Below, one piece after another: positions 38,380 through 51,439 of a stretch of DNA of 64,000 nucleotides. Source of the stretch: Octopus vulgaris. Taxonomy: Eukaryota. The first letter of the stretch is position 1. Each line of letters starts with the position of its first letter. Made by a program: the position numbers and the translations under genes. Where the stretch lies: positions 72,726,001 through 72,790,000 of the forward strand of contig OX597815.1 in assembly GCA_951406725.2 (NCBI GenBank), written 5' to 3'. Below the pieces are notes generated by a model. It did not search any database, was not told where the DNA came from, and worked only from the letters and a program-made list of their open reading frames with translations.

Positions 38380-39300
38380 TTGTTTCTAACACAAGCCATA
38401 AAGTCAAACATTTCAGTGTATGGAGTTAATCAATATCATTGACACTCCTGCCTCCAGTAGTTGACAGGTATGTTATTTTATTGACCATGGTTATTTTATT
38501 GACCATGAAAAGATGAAAGGCAAAGTTGACCTCATCAGAATTTTAACTTGGGATGTTAGATTGATGAAATACTGCCGAGCCTTTTCCCCTGATGCGCTAA
38601 CGCTTCTGCTAGAGTACTTTAATAATTATAATAATCCTTTCTACTAAAGGCACAAGGCATGAAATTTGGGAGGAGGGGACTTAGTTGATTATATCGACCA
38701 AGTATGCAACTGGTATTTATTTCACTGACCCCCAAAAGGATGAAAGGCAAAGTCAACTGAGATGGAATTTGAACTCAAGAACTTAAGGATGGACGAAATG
38801 TTACAAAGCATTTTGCCCAGCATGCTAACTATTCTGCCAGCTCACCTTAATAATAATAATAATGGTTTCAAATTTTGGCACAAGGGCTGCAATTTTGGGG
38901 GAGGAGGTAGGTCAATTACATTGACCTGGTATTAAACTGGTACTTATTTTATTGACCCCAAAAAGATGACAGGCAAAGTTGACCTCGGCAAAATTTGAAT
39001 TTAGAACATAAAGAAAGATGAAACGCCACTAAGCATTTTGCCCAGTGTGATAATGATTCTGCTGCCTCACCTTAATAATAATAATTATTATTATTTCTTA
39101 TTTAAGCACAAGGTCAACAATTTTAATGAGGGGTGGGGGGTCAGTTGAGTGGTAAATACTCTTTTGATCCACAAAGGATGAAAGGCAGGGTTGACTTCAT
39201 GGTATTTGAACTTGAAAAATGAAGATGCAGAAGAAATGCTGTTAAACAGTTGTCCAATGTGCTGATAATTGTCAGTTCACTACCACAAATAATAATTAAT
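38380..39300 (-). mobile_element. Head-to-tail array of four family-A SINEs
   Basis: Same unit structure with (AAT)n spacers. Confidence 0.85.
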
Positions 39301-41274
39301 GGTTTGTAATGTAGATATAGTGGAGGCACATGGCCTAGTGGTTAGAGCAGCAGACTTGTGGTTGAGGGATTGCGGGTTCGAATCTAAGACCAGGTGATGC
39401 GAGTGTGTTTATGAGCAAAACACCTAAGCTCCACGCGGCTCTAGCAGAAGGTAATGGTGAACTTCTGCCGACTCTTTTGCAGCAATTTTCCCTCACTCTT
39501 TCTGCCTACATCTAGCAGCTCACCTGCAATGGCATCCCGTCCAGGTGGGGAACCTATACACCAATGAAACCAGCCCTTGTGAGCCAGGCATGGCTTGAAA
39601 AGGAACAAACAAACAAATGTAGGTACAAGGCTATCAATTCAGGTGAAGAAAGTGGGGCTTGTCAATTACATCTAGTAGTTAACTGGTACTTTATTTTATT
39701 GACCCTGAAAAGATGAAAGGTAATGAGGACATCAGCTTTATTTGAATTCCGAATGTAAAGCCAGAAAATAACGACAGCAGGAAAAATTGCAATAAAATAT
39801 TTTACCATTAGTCTCAAGTTTTTTAGACTTTAGCACCTTAAATAGAACAGTTCCAAACATCACAGATATATTCAGTTATGTTTGTTTAATAATTTATCAG
39901 CAATGTAGCAAAACTATTTTTCTCACTCCACTCAAAGTTAATTTTTTTGGGGAAAAAATAAAAACACGATAATACTGATCTTTTGTATTCTTAGCCATGA
40001 CTCTAGAACACAATTTAGAATATCAATTATTTCAGTTAAATAAAAGTTAGATATAATCATCATCATCAACACCTTGGTTCACATCCATATCTGCATAAAA
40101 TGGTTTGATCAACTTCCCTTTAAGCTAATTTTAGGACAAAAAGTGAGCTGACCGTCTTAGAAGCTCTACATGGAAAGCTTAATTTTACAGTGGAAAACTA
40201 AAATATTCAAATTTTCCGAAGTACCAGAGTTATAATTCATTAATAGGAGTAAAAGAATGATATCCATCAATATGTATGTTTAAGCCCCCTCTTGCACAAC
40301 TGAATTAGATACCATGTTTTCATCATCATCACCATTGTCCTATTCCTCCTCATCATATTAAACGTCCAGGTTTTATGCTGGCATGGGTTGCAGAGTTTGA
40401 CAGGATCAAATAGGTCCAACAACTGCATCATACTTTAGGGTCTGTTTTGGAATGGCTTCCCTCCTTAATGCCAACCACATTACAATGTGTACTGGGTGCA
40501 TTTTTTTTTTTATTCCACTGGTACTAGAGAGGCCATCATGCAGCTTGCAAGACTACGAATCCCAAGGGAAGGGTTGGTCTTATGATAGGGGATGATGGAT
40601 TAAAAGTATGAAAGAGTGGAGGGGACGAAGCAGCTTCTAATTGAAGAGCAGAGGTGGCTACCTATATTTACTAAAAAAAGGGAGAGAATGAGTCATTAGG
40701 AGCTGCAAAGAAATACATAGTAGAGATGAGATTTTCAGGTGCCCCTCCCCTCAAGGTTTGAGGTGAATACAAGTGGATGGAGGGGTGGTTACATCTTGTA
40801 ATAAAAATGATAATGCTATAATGAATTCAAAGAAAAAAACTTTTTTTCAAGGGTTAGCAAATTCTTTGATTTTCTGGAACAGATAATATACACACTATTT
40901 TTTTGTTCTTTTACCTGTTTCAGTAATTGAACTGCGGCCATGCTTATTCTTTGTAAGCAAGTCTAGTACTTATTCTATGGGTCTCTTTTGCCGAACTGCT
41001 ATGTTACAGGGGGTGGTGGTACAAACACACCAACACTGGTCGTCAAGCGATGGTGGTGGTGAAACAAATACAAACACACACACATATATACTTGACAGGC
41101 ATCTTTCAGTTTCCTACTACTAAATCTACTCATAAGGCTTTGGTGCCTGCTGTCTTCTAAAACCATGTGGCTAGGGAGCAAACTTCCCAATCACACAGCC
41201 ACACCAGTGTCTATGTCAAAAACAAATCAAAACATACTTGTTAAAGCTGTTTCAAAATCTCCTTTACATTTTCA

Positions 41275-42062
41275 TTTGTATCTTTGTGGTACCAGTGCCG
41301 GTGGCACACAAGAAAACCATCCGAACATGGCCGTAGCCAGTACCGCATCGACTGGCCTCCGTGCTGTGGGCACGTAACAAACACCATCCATCTGGCACCT
41401 GTGTCGGAGACACAGAAAAACATCATCCGCAGACCCGGCAAGACTAGTCAGGCCATAACCCGTGGCCCCTACCTGGGACATTGTCAGTTCACCTGTGCAT
41501 ACCTTCCTTCCTTCTTGTGACACTTGTGAAGACCTGTTGAGGCAAGTGAAAATCAAATCAAATCAAATCAAATTAAAATAGATGAACATCAATGGAATTT
41601 GTATCTTTGTGGTACCAGTGCCGGTGGCACACAAGAAAACCATCCGAACGTGGCCGTAGCCAGTACCGCATCGACTGGCCTCCGTGCTGTGGGCACGTAA
41701 GAAACACCATCAGATCGTGGCCGTTCGTCAGCCTCGTCTGGCACCTGTGTCGGTGGCGCATAAAAACACCATCCGAGCGTGGCCGTTCGCCAGCCTCGTC
41801 TGGCACCTGTGTCGGTGGCACATAAAAACACCATCCGAGCGTGGCCGTTCGCCAGCCTCGTCTGGCACCTGTGTCGGTGGCACATAAAATCACCCACTAC
41901 ACTCTCGGAGTGGTTGGCGTTAGGAAGGGCATCCAGCTGTAGAAACACTGCCAGATCTGACTGGCCTGGTGCAGCCTTCGGGCTCCCCAGACCCCAGTTG
42001 AACCGTCCAACCCATGCTAGCATGGAAAGCGGACGTTAAATGATGATGATGATGATGATGAT
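41275..42062 (+). mobile_element. 5'-truncated, rearranged RTE LINE 3' fragment with about 61-62-bp tandem units
   Basis: From 41431 it aligns by eye to the last codons and 3'UTR of the LINE (55282 onward: agacccggca...ccataacccgtggcc) and ends in the same terminal segment plus (GAT)n. Three tandem units at about 41701-41885; 41275-41420 duplicates an internal part. Confidence 0.88.
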
Positions 42063-43494
42063 ACAGGTGAAGACATGGCTGTGTGGTAAGAAGCTTGTTT
42101 CCAGGTTCAATCCTACAGCATGGCAATTTGAGTGAATATCTTCTACTATAGCAGTGGGCTGACCAAAGCCTTCTGTAGATTTGGTAGACAGAAACTGAGA
42201 CAAGCCTGTCATATAAAATCTATATGTATATATCTGTGTGTGTGCGTCTTGTGTTTATGTCCCCATAACTTAACAGTTCGGCTAAGAAATAAGTTCTTGG
42301 ATTAATTCGTTCAACTAAAACTCTTCAAGATGGTGCTCCAGCATGGCTGCAGTCAAATGACTGAAAGAAGTAAAAGATTACAAAAGAAAATAGACTAATT
42401 TTTTCCCAAAATCTAGAAAATTTTCACAAGAATTATTGGAGCATGGTTTTCTTTTTTCTCTTTTATATATGAATGCTCTTTCTAATACCAACTACTCACC
42501 TGTGAAATGGGAGTGGTACCTGCATTCAGTTAGATAGACACACAAAATAAATGCAACAAATCTTGTTTCAGAGGTCATGGTGTCATGATAGTGACTTTTT
42601 GAGTGTATAGCTATCTTTAGAATGTTATTATTTTTTTTTTTATGACACACTCAGGCAAAAAAGGTAATACAACAGCACCACCTCCACAGTCACCATTAGC
42701 ATTTACAGGAGAAAGTTGAATGACCATAGGAATGCACCTAGAAAGTTGTTTTGTGGAAGACCAGCAGTCACCCATGCATACCAGCCTTCCCTCTCCACAT
42801 CACCGATTGTTGTCTACAGAAAAGGTAAAGGCCGATACAGTTTGGCACCAGTGGTGTTGCAACTCATTTCTATACCTGAGTGAACTGGAGCAATGTGAAA
42901 TAAAGTGACTTGCTCAAGAACACAACACGTCTGGTCTGGGAATCAAACTCACTACCTCATGATTGTAAGCCTGACGCTCTAACCACTGAGCCATGCCTTC
43001 AGACTAGGTACCTGGCTAAAATCGTCAGTTTCCACACAGTAAAAGCTAACCACAAGGAAATATAGATAATTTCAGTAGTAGAAATGTATCATTTATCTAT
43101 TATTTGTTTCAGTAGTGAGTGCAGCTATGCTGGGGCACACCCTGAAGAATTTTTAGTAGAATGAATTCTGTTTCTATTTGTTTATAAAAGATACATTTCT
43201 GCAATTGAAATTATCCATTCCCTTATGGTTAACTAACCATGTGGAAACCAAGAAAACTCAGTTCTGAGCATTTGAGATACAGGAGCCAAGTTAATTCCTT
43301 TTTCATAGAGGGTTTCTTTCCAGAAGAATTTGTCACATTTTCATATGATGTAGGAGGACACATTTTATTTTACTGACCAATAAAAAGAGGTTGTGAAAAT
43401 TGATTTGCGTATGATTGACATGTTACATCTCCAGTGCAGGGAGGGTTAACATCTTTTAGCAGTAGCTGTACCAACCCTTTGTCAAATGAATTCT

Positions 43495-43904
43495 TTAACC
43501 CTTTAGTATTCATATTACTCTGTCAAATAAAATGCTTATTTATACACAGTTTGGAATTAATCATGCATTATCTTGTAGCTTTGAGATTTCAATGATGTGA
43601 TTTTTTATTCTTAGAATGACATTGCAGGGTAGGTGTGAGAGGACATAAAACAGGTAGAATATTTGGGCTGGATATGACCAGTTTAAATGCTAAAAGGTTA
43701 AACCGGCCACATCTGGCCCAAATATTCTTTCTGTTTTATGTTCAAAGTGGCCATATCAGGCTTCTCACACTTACCCAACAATGCCATTCTAAACAGTCAT
43801 GTCATTGAAATCTAACTGCTACAAGGTAATACATGAGTAATTCAAAATAATGTGAACAAATAAGCATTGCATTTTACACAGAAATCTGAATGTTAAAGAG
43901 ATAA
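43495..43904. mobile_element. Inverted dimer of a piggyBac-type MITE (about 400-bp imperfect palindrome)
   Basis: 43495-43701 is TTAA-CCCTTT...AAAGG-TTAA. 43702-43904 is its diverged reverse complement, e.g. ataaaacaggtagaatatttgggctggatatg versus catctggcccaaatattctttctgttttat. Confidence 0.8.
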
Positions 43905-44524
43905 GGACAGGGCATGATGGTTGGTGGGTGGGAGACACATTATGGGTGGAGGAGTAGGGGATTCTTGAGTAGTGGTGAGAGAAGACCAAACAGAGACAGC
44001 TGTAGTAGCAGTAAAATAGTAATAGAAAAAGGGCAGGGAGGGGAGACTGCATGTCTTTGGAGCAGAAATGCAAAGTGTGACTGCTGATCAATTCAACATC
44101 TTACTATTCAAAGAATGCCATTATCAGCATATTCTTAAGAAAAGCAATAAATAAATATATATATATATATATGTATATATATAAACAGTATTCAGATCAC
44201 CAAAATGGAATTTATATTAAAGAAAAAAAAATTACAATTCTCTGAGAGAAGATATATTTCAAAATATCCATAAAACTCCTTCAGTATTTTTGTTCCTGAA
44301 ATAAAAATTCTTTCGCTTCACCTTCTCTGTGCCCTACTATATGTGGTGTGAGTGTGCGTGTGTGTAGGCATAGCTGCGTGGTAAGAAGCTGGTTTCCCAG
44401 CCACATGGTTCTGGGTTTAGTCTCACTGCATGGCACCTTGGGTGAGTGTCTTCAAATACAGTCTTGGCCAACCAGAGACTTGCTAGTGAATTTAGCAGAC
44501 AGAAACTGAACGAAGCCATCACCT

Positions 44525-44926
44525 TACTGGTACATAAAAAAGCACCTTTTGAGGACTTTATGGAGGCAAGGTGGTTGATGCTGGTGGCATGTAAAAAGCA
44601 CCTTTTGAGTGTTGGGCCTCACAGAGGCAATGATGAATGACCGAGACCTTTGACATTATGCAGTACTTGTGAAGAAGACCAGTCAAGCCAAGTAAAATTG
44701 CAGCTGTGGCAGATACTTGTGTCATGCAAATGGCACCCATGCCAGTGGCACATAAAAGAACCCATTACACTCAGAGTGGTTGGTGTTGAGAAGGGCATCC
44801 TGCTATAGAAACCATGGCCCAATCAGATTGGCATTTGGTGCAGCCTTCAAGTTTGCCAGCCCTGATCAAACTGCAACCCATGCCAGCATGGACAACAGAC
44901 ATGATGATGATGATGATGATGATGAT
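44525..44926 (+). mobile_element. Older RTE-type 3' fragment with (GAT)n tail (similar remnants near 12820-12980, 20270-20520, 30360-30515, 37140-37300 on +; 33530-33730, 40320-40500, 62850-63010 on -)
   Basis: Shares gagtggttgg...aagggcatcc...aacccatgccagcatgga and a GAT tail with the LINE 3' end. Confidence 0.75.
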
Positions 44927-45214
44927 GTGTGTGTGTATCTGTGTTTGTCCACTCTCCACCACTTGTCAATGGTGTCGGCATGCTTACATCCCTGTAACTT
45001 TGCAATTTGGTAAAAGACATCAATAGAATAAGTACAAGGCTAAAAAAAAAAAGTACTGGGGTTGATTCATTTGACTAAAAATTCAAGGCAATGCCCTAGC
45101 ATGGCCACAGTCTAATGACTGAAACAAGATATATGTAAATCCTCGTCGTCATTTAATGTCTGTTTTCCATGCCAGACAATAGCTCTGAAGTTTCTGATTG
45201 CTTGATTTTGCCAG

Positions 45215-45260
45215 GACAGTCTGATGGAGGCAAGCAAGCTGAAACTTCAAAGTTACTATC
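45215..45260 (+). ncRNA. Degenerate Penelope-type type-I hammerhead-like motif
   Basis: GACAGT-CTGATGGA-GGC(aagcaa)GCT-GAAA-CTT(ca)AAG-TT-ACTATC gives stems I, II and III around CUGAUG and GAAA boxes. There is one core deviation and one stem-I mismatch. Confidence 0.45.
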
Positions 45261-48200
45261 AAACTTTTCCTTGTAAAAAGTTTAATATAAACACGTACTC
45301 TACCAAAAAGTAAAGAGTAATCCATCAGTTTAATGTTAACTTGTTTTTATATATAAGCTGACATAAAAACAAACACACACACACACGCGTGTGTGTGTGT
45401 GTGTTTTGTATTTACACATTATTTCTCAATTCTGTTACTATTTGTTTATAAAAGAGGATTTTCCGTTTGCTCTGGAATATTTTAAACCAATCCAGAATTA
45501 ATCTTTCAAAGCATTCACTTCAGATCACATAGAGAGAGAGGGAGGGAGGGAGCCGGCAGACAGAAAGAGAATGTAAAGGAAGCACAACAGACAGGGAGTA
45601 GTAGTTTAGTAGTAACTAGAAAGAAGGCAAAAACACAAACAACTAAATTTCTTCATACTTCACCCACCCCCATTGGTACTCTCTGCACACACTACCTTAG
45701 TCACTTCAATAAACATTCACCAAACTACAAGTGGCGCCAATGAAATGCTTGGCTGGCATTAAGCCAATTCTGAGGGCATCAGAAGCCTCTGCTATCTTTT
45801 AATCTCTTGAATGGCTTACTGGACTAATAGCTCTAAGCAGTGGTGTATTCGCAAAACAACAAATAAGTTCTGAGCAATGGTGCATGGCAAAAGACAAATG
45901 TAGAAGATGGTTAGCATACCATTCAACAAGATAAGAGAGCAGCACTGTGGAGGAGGAGGAAGAAGTGAGGAGGGGAAGAAACAGAGGCAGCTAAACAATA
46001 TTAACTGAATACAACCCCAAATAACTAAAGTGTTACAGTTATGGTCACAGACACAAACTATTTTGTCACTGTCAAAAAATTTAACGATAAAATACTAATA
46101 AAATAAGAGACAACTTCTACAACGAATCTTCACAGCTCAGAAAGCAACAACGGGATCCATATTACTTTAAGGAAAAAATGCTGTTGGTTGCAAAAGATTT
46201 AAAGGAAGTTAAACCATCATCATCATCATTATTTTAATGCCCGCATTCAAGGCCCCTCACTATTGTCTCTTGTATCAGAAACATAATCACAGTATAAGCA
46301 CATGAAGTTTTCTCTCAACATACTATCGACATTCAAAGATCATCAATAATGTTCACATACGCAGCTGATATTACCCTTCATTTCAGTCTAATCTTCTACA
46401 TGCAACCTAGACATCTCACAGCAAACCTGTGTTATCCCCACAAACAGAGAGTTTGGCAACATTCTCTAAAGAATCTTGTATCCTTCAATAACACAAAAAT
46501 CTAATCACAGCACATAGCACATATGAAGTAAACCCCGCTGTACACCAGCCACTCCTAGTCGTGGACAACACTCAAATGAAACCTTCCTAAATCATTGAGG
46601 ATCTCTTCTTGCGACTTCACGTCCTACAACTAAGCAATACTTTGGTAACCAACAGTTGCTAAAAAGGCACAAGTGACACCTCTGTGAGATGATATTCTGG
46701 CTGCATACACAGATGTCTCTGACCACAACCAGGCAAAAAAGCCACCAGAGTGATTGACAAGAGTTAGTTGTTCACCAATGTACTGTCTTCTCGCTTTGCT
46801 TTTCTACTAATGCTACAGTGGTACTGGCTCCTTGTAACTGATTCTTATCTTCTTGAGTCACATTAATTCATAAGGGCAAATTTCCCAGTTTCCAAGGCGT
46901 ATGTAAATTCCCTACAGGGACAGGATGCCGGTCCATCACAAGATTACTCATTTTTGCCAGCTGAATGGATTGGAGGAAACTGAAACAAAGAGTTTTGCTC
47001 AAAAACAACACGTTGCCTGATCCAGGAATCAAAACCACAATCTTACGATCAAGAGTTCAACATCCTAACCACTAAGCCATGCATCTCCCTTGTAATTGAC
47101 TGATCTTGCACTACCTCTATTCAGTCATGCTTGTGTAGATAAGAAGCTTGTTTCCCAACCATATGGTCTTGGGTTCAGTCCCACTACAAGTGTCTTCTAC
47201 TATAGCCCAAGTATAACCAAAGCCTTGTCAGTGGATTTGGTCGATGGAAATTCTCAGGTGTTACTCATTTCCTCCTGTCACCTATATTATGACTGCCTTT
47301 TCCATCCAGACTCAACACTAAACACTAATTCCAACCATTCTTTCTCAATACATTCTACCCCAGGAATCCATCCCTGCCATATTTTCCTTACAATCATCAC
47401 CTTGTGATTATTCAAGAATGTCAACCACATTGAACTCATCTGCATTGAAGAGCTGATAAAGGCCACAAAACAGCCCCTTCTTTCAGAGCAAACTCTTTAA
47501 CACATGCACAGAGTCCTGTGATGTTGTATAGAGTGTTTCTAAATGAAGTTGGTACATTACTACACTCATTAAAAATTTGAAGGCCATCAAAACAATGCAC
47601 AAGTAAATGAGATAAGAAACACCTTAATAAAGTCAATCAGTATATCTGAAATGCAACTGGATTAATATAATTTAAACCCATTATATTATTGAAAAGATAA
47701 TTGAATTTGTCATTATGAACTAAGTTCAGCTCATTCATAATTCATTTTACTTGTTTTATTTATTTATTTATTTTATGAAGTCTTATTCATAATGCTGAAA
47801 ATAAATTAAATATCAATGATTGCTACAACTGGGATTTATTTTCTGTGTTAACAAAAACAAAAAATAAATAAATAAAAACTAGGAGGTGTGGCTCTGTGGT
47901 AAGAAGCTTGTTTCCCAACCATATGGTTCCAGGTTCAATCCCACTGAGTGGCACCTTGGGCAACTGTCTCCTATTACAGCCTCAGCCAACCAAAGCTTTG
48001 TGAGTGGATTTGGGAGACGGAAACTGAAAGAAGCCTATCATGTGTGTCTGTTTCCCACCACCACTTGACAACCAGTGTTAGTATGTTTACCTTGCAGTTC
48101 AGCAAAAGAGACTGATAGAATAAGCATTAGGCATAAAAAAAAAGTCCTGGAGTCAATTTGTTCAACTAAAACCCTTCAAGGTTGTGCCCCAGCATGGCCA

Positions 48201-48379
48201 CAGTCAACTCACTGGAACTAGTAAAAGATAAAAAGGTGCAGGTGTAATCATGTGGTTAGGAAATTTGCTTTCCAATCAGTTCCAGGTTCAGTTCCACTGT
48301 GTGGAACCTTGGGCAAATGTTTTTTACTATAGCATTGGCTTGATCAAAGCTTTGGGAGTGGATTTGAAAACTGAAAACC

Positions 48380-48381
<2 letters not shown>

Positions 48382-48436
<55 letters not shown>
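48382..48436. repeat. (TG)n microsatellite within a family-B SINE
   Basis: Direct reading. Confidence 0.95.
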
Positions 48437-48437
<1 letters not shown>

Positions 48438-49309
48438 GCTATTCTTTGCCATGACATCATATGACAACTGTAAATGAGTGCCATACAAGGGGTAACCTTT
48501 ATTTCACAGAAATGTCTGACCATCAAGTAATGTTGTTTAGAAATAGATGAGGGTTGGCAACAGTAAGTGAATCTGGCCATGTAAAACCTGGCACAACAAA
48601 TTCGTCCGTCCAACCTGTGTGAACATGGAAAAGAGATCAATTGCTTGTGTCAGTCACTGGGCATGCTAGGGCACTGCTTTGAAGGGTTTAGGCAAACTGA
48701 CTTCAGTACTTATTTTTGAAGTCTGGTACATATTCTATTAGCTAATTTTGCTGTAACTGCTAAGTTATGGAGATGTAAACAAACCAATATTCCTTTATGA
48801 AGAGGTGCTGGGGAGGGCAAACAAATGCTAGGACATACACACACATCTGAAACCCTAACAAAATATAGTTTTTTTCTTTTTACTTTCACATGATCAAAAG
48901 AAGTGCAAAGGTCATTTCTGAGGTACCATTTTCTTGCTCCTCTCTTCTAGTTGGATCAAGTAAGTTATTGGTCACACAGCATAATAATGTTCAATCTATA
49001 TCTTGTTGCCTCAGGCTTTGCACATCTTGATACACAATCTTATATCTTTTACTTGTTCCAGTCATTAGACTGCAGCCATGCTGGGCACTGCCTTGAAGAA
49101 TTTTTAGTTGAATGAAGTGATATCAGTATTTTTTTCTTTTAAGCATGGTACTCGACATTCTATTAAAATCCTTGTTAATTGTAGTCATTTTGAACAGGTC
49201 AGCTTCACCTGCCTCTATTACAGTTGTTACTTTTCAAGTGAGACAGATACAAAAGCTAAGTTGAGGCTGCAATGTGTCTAGTTAATTCCCCCCACTACAT
49301 GTCTTTTAC

Positions 49310-49826
49310 GCTTTTGATAGCAACGCACCTGAGACTGACCCCTATTCTATGATACAAGCTTTCTGCTTTAAAGTGGTCTAAATTAAAAGCTTCTATTGAA
49401 ATTTCATGTTTAGGTTCCAAACATCAGCTGAATAACAACAGTCATTTTGTCAAATTATTCATTATTTTCAAAATGAATTGAAACAAAGCCAGCATATTGC
49501 AGCAGAAATATAACAAAAACTTGTGATTAGAATTCCAAGTTTCATTTATGTTCCAAACACCAGCTTAATAATGACAAAGTTATTTCACTAAATACTTCAT
49601 TATTCACAAAATTATTTGAAACAAAGGGAGCATATTTCAACGGAAATATGGTAACAAAACACTTAGAGAGGATCTAAATTAAAATCTTCCATCAAAATCT
49701 TATGTTACGTCCCAAACACAAGCTCAACAATGGTAAGGTCAGTTTACTAAATTCTTCATTATTTTCAAAATTATTTGAAACAAAAGCAGTGTATTTCAAG
49801 AGAAAAATTATAACAAAAGAGGTCAA
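49310..49826. repeat. Three tandem partial copies of a piggyBac-type MITE
   Basis: Repeated ttccaaaca..agct.aataa...attcttcattattttcaaaa..a.ttgaaacaaag...agaaata...taacaaaa units; related to the family at 30962-31181. Confidence 0.7.
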
Positions 49827-51439
49827 TACAAAATTGCTGGACCAGAGTTCGACACTAAGTTTAACCACATCGTATAGGGAATCAATCTATTTGGAAAATA
49901 ATTGATTTAAAATGTTAGTGTTCAGGAGAATATCCAGATTTAAGACCCTCATCATTATAATCATAATAATACAGGCTTCTTACAGTTCTCATCAATGAAA
50001 TTCACTTATCCATGGTAACATAGAGGTACTGAACCTGAAATCATGTAGTTTGGAAGCAATCTTCTTACCACACAACCATGCTAATGCCAACAATAATCTA
50101 CATGCAAATATTAAAAACCTGAAAAATTGTTTAAAAACCCATAAAACCAAACTAGCTTTTACCTTGAATTTTCAAATTATTTTATGTACAAAAGGTGTGT
50201 GTGTGTGTAACTACGATCTAAAATTAGAAAGAAGAAATTGTAACTAGGATTTGAGAGAAAGAAGAGATAAACTAGAGTAAACGTAGTGAAATGATTAAAA
50301 GAATAAATAAATAAACAAAAGAAATTTAAAGATGGTTCTTGAAGTTTAGCAGAAGAGGAGTATTGGAGAGAGAGAAACAGTAATATATATATATATAAAT
50401 AAAAGTAGGTCAATGCTGCTAGCATTCCAACCTGGAAATATTTGATCTAGAAAGCTTATTGTAACATGAAAGAGAAAAGAGCGACAAAAGAATAGAACCA
50501 GCAATAACAGTCACAGCAGCAACAACAACAATAAAACTAGAATAATAATAATGATTGAGTAGATGAAAAAAAAAAATCTAAATGCTGGGTAGTAGACCAT
50601 ATATATGTACGTATATACATATATATATATACACACACACATGTGTGTGTGTATATATATATATATATAGGGATGTTCAACACCTGTACAAGCAAATGTT
50701 TGAGAAAGAAGTGCCCAAACACTTAAAGGAGAAGGGCTAAGGTAAGGTGAAATGATAAAGCTAAGTTAAACAGATCTGAGCTGATAGTATTAGAAAGAAA
50801 AGGAATTTAGGACGAAATGCATTAATGAACTTCCGAGTTACAGATAAAGCAAACTAATTTTTTTTTAACCACCCACCCTCTACTCCCACCCACACAAAAG
50901 GAAAGAAAGAAAAAACTAAGAATCCAATCTTGATAATGAGAATTTAATACAAAAATAATGGGGAGGGGGGAGATTTTGGAAAAGATAAAAAATAGATTAT
51001 TAACATTCATTAGCACAAAGCAATGCTACATATATTTATATATATATATATATACTTACACACATACACACACACACAGGTACTTAGAATTTTACCCTTC
51101 TCTAGCAGATTGTCTAGTAGTTTAGAGGAACTTGGTGAAAAAAAATTTCCAGAAAAACATTTAAAATCTATCCTTAACTCTTTCATGTCAACCTTAGAAT
51201 AATTTGTTAATTTTACATCTGCTTTTTTTCCCCCTGGTAACATGGATCAGACATATGTATATCATTTAGGCATATTTTTCTACAGTCAGATGCCTTTCTT
51301 ATTGCTAATCCTTTATCTTTGAAAGTGCAGAGTCATCAGACAAATTGTTGACAGTATAATGTCAACAAATATCACCACTTGGCTATCAACAGCATGTAGA
51401 ATGTAAGCATTCACATACATTGGTACATATATTCTGATT

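Noticed and set aside
41590-41890. CRISPR-like regular repeats
   Set aside because: Units are near-identical throughout with no unique spacers or cas genes; they belong to a LINE 3'UTR in a eukaryotic intron.
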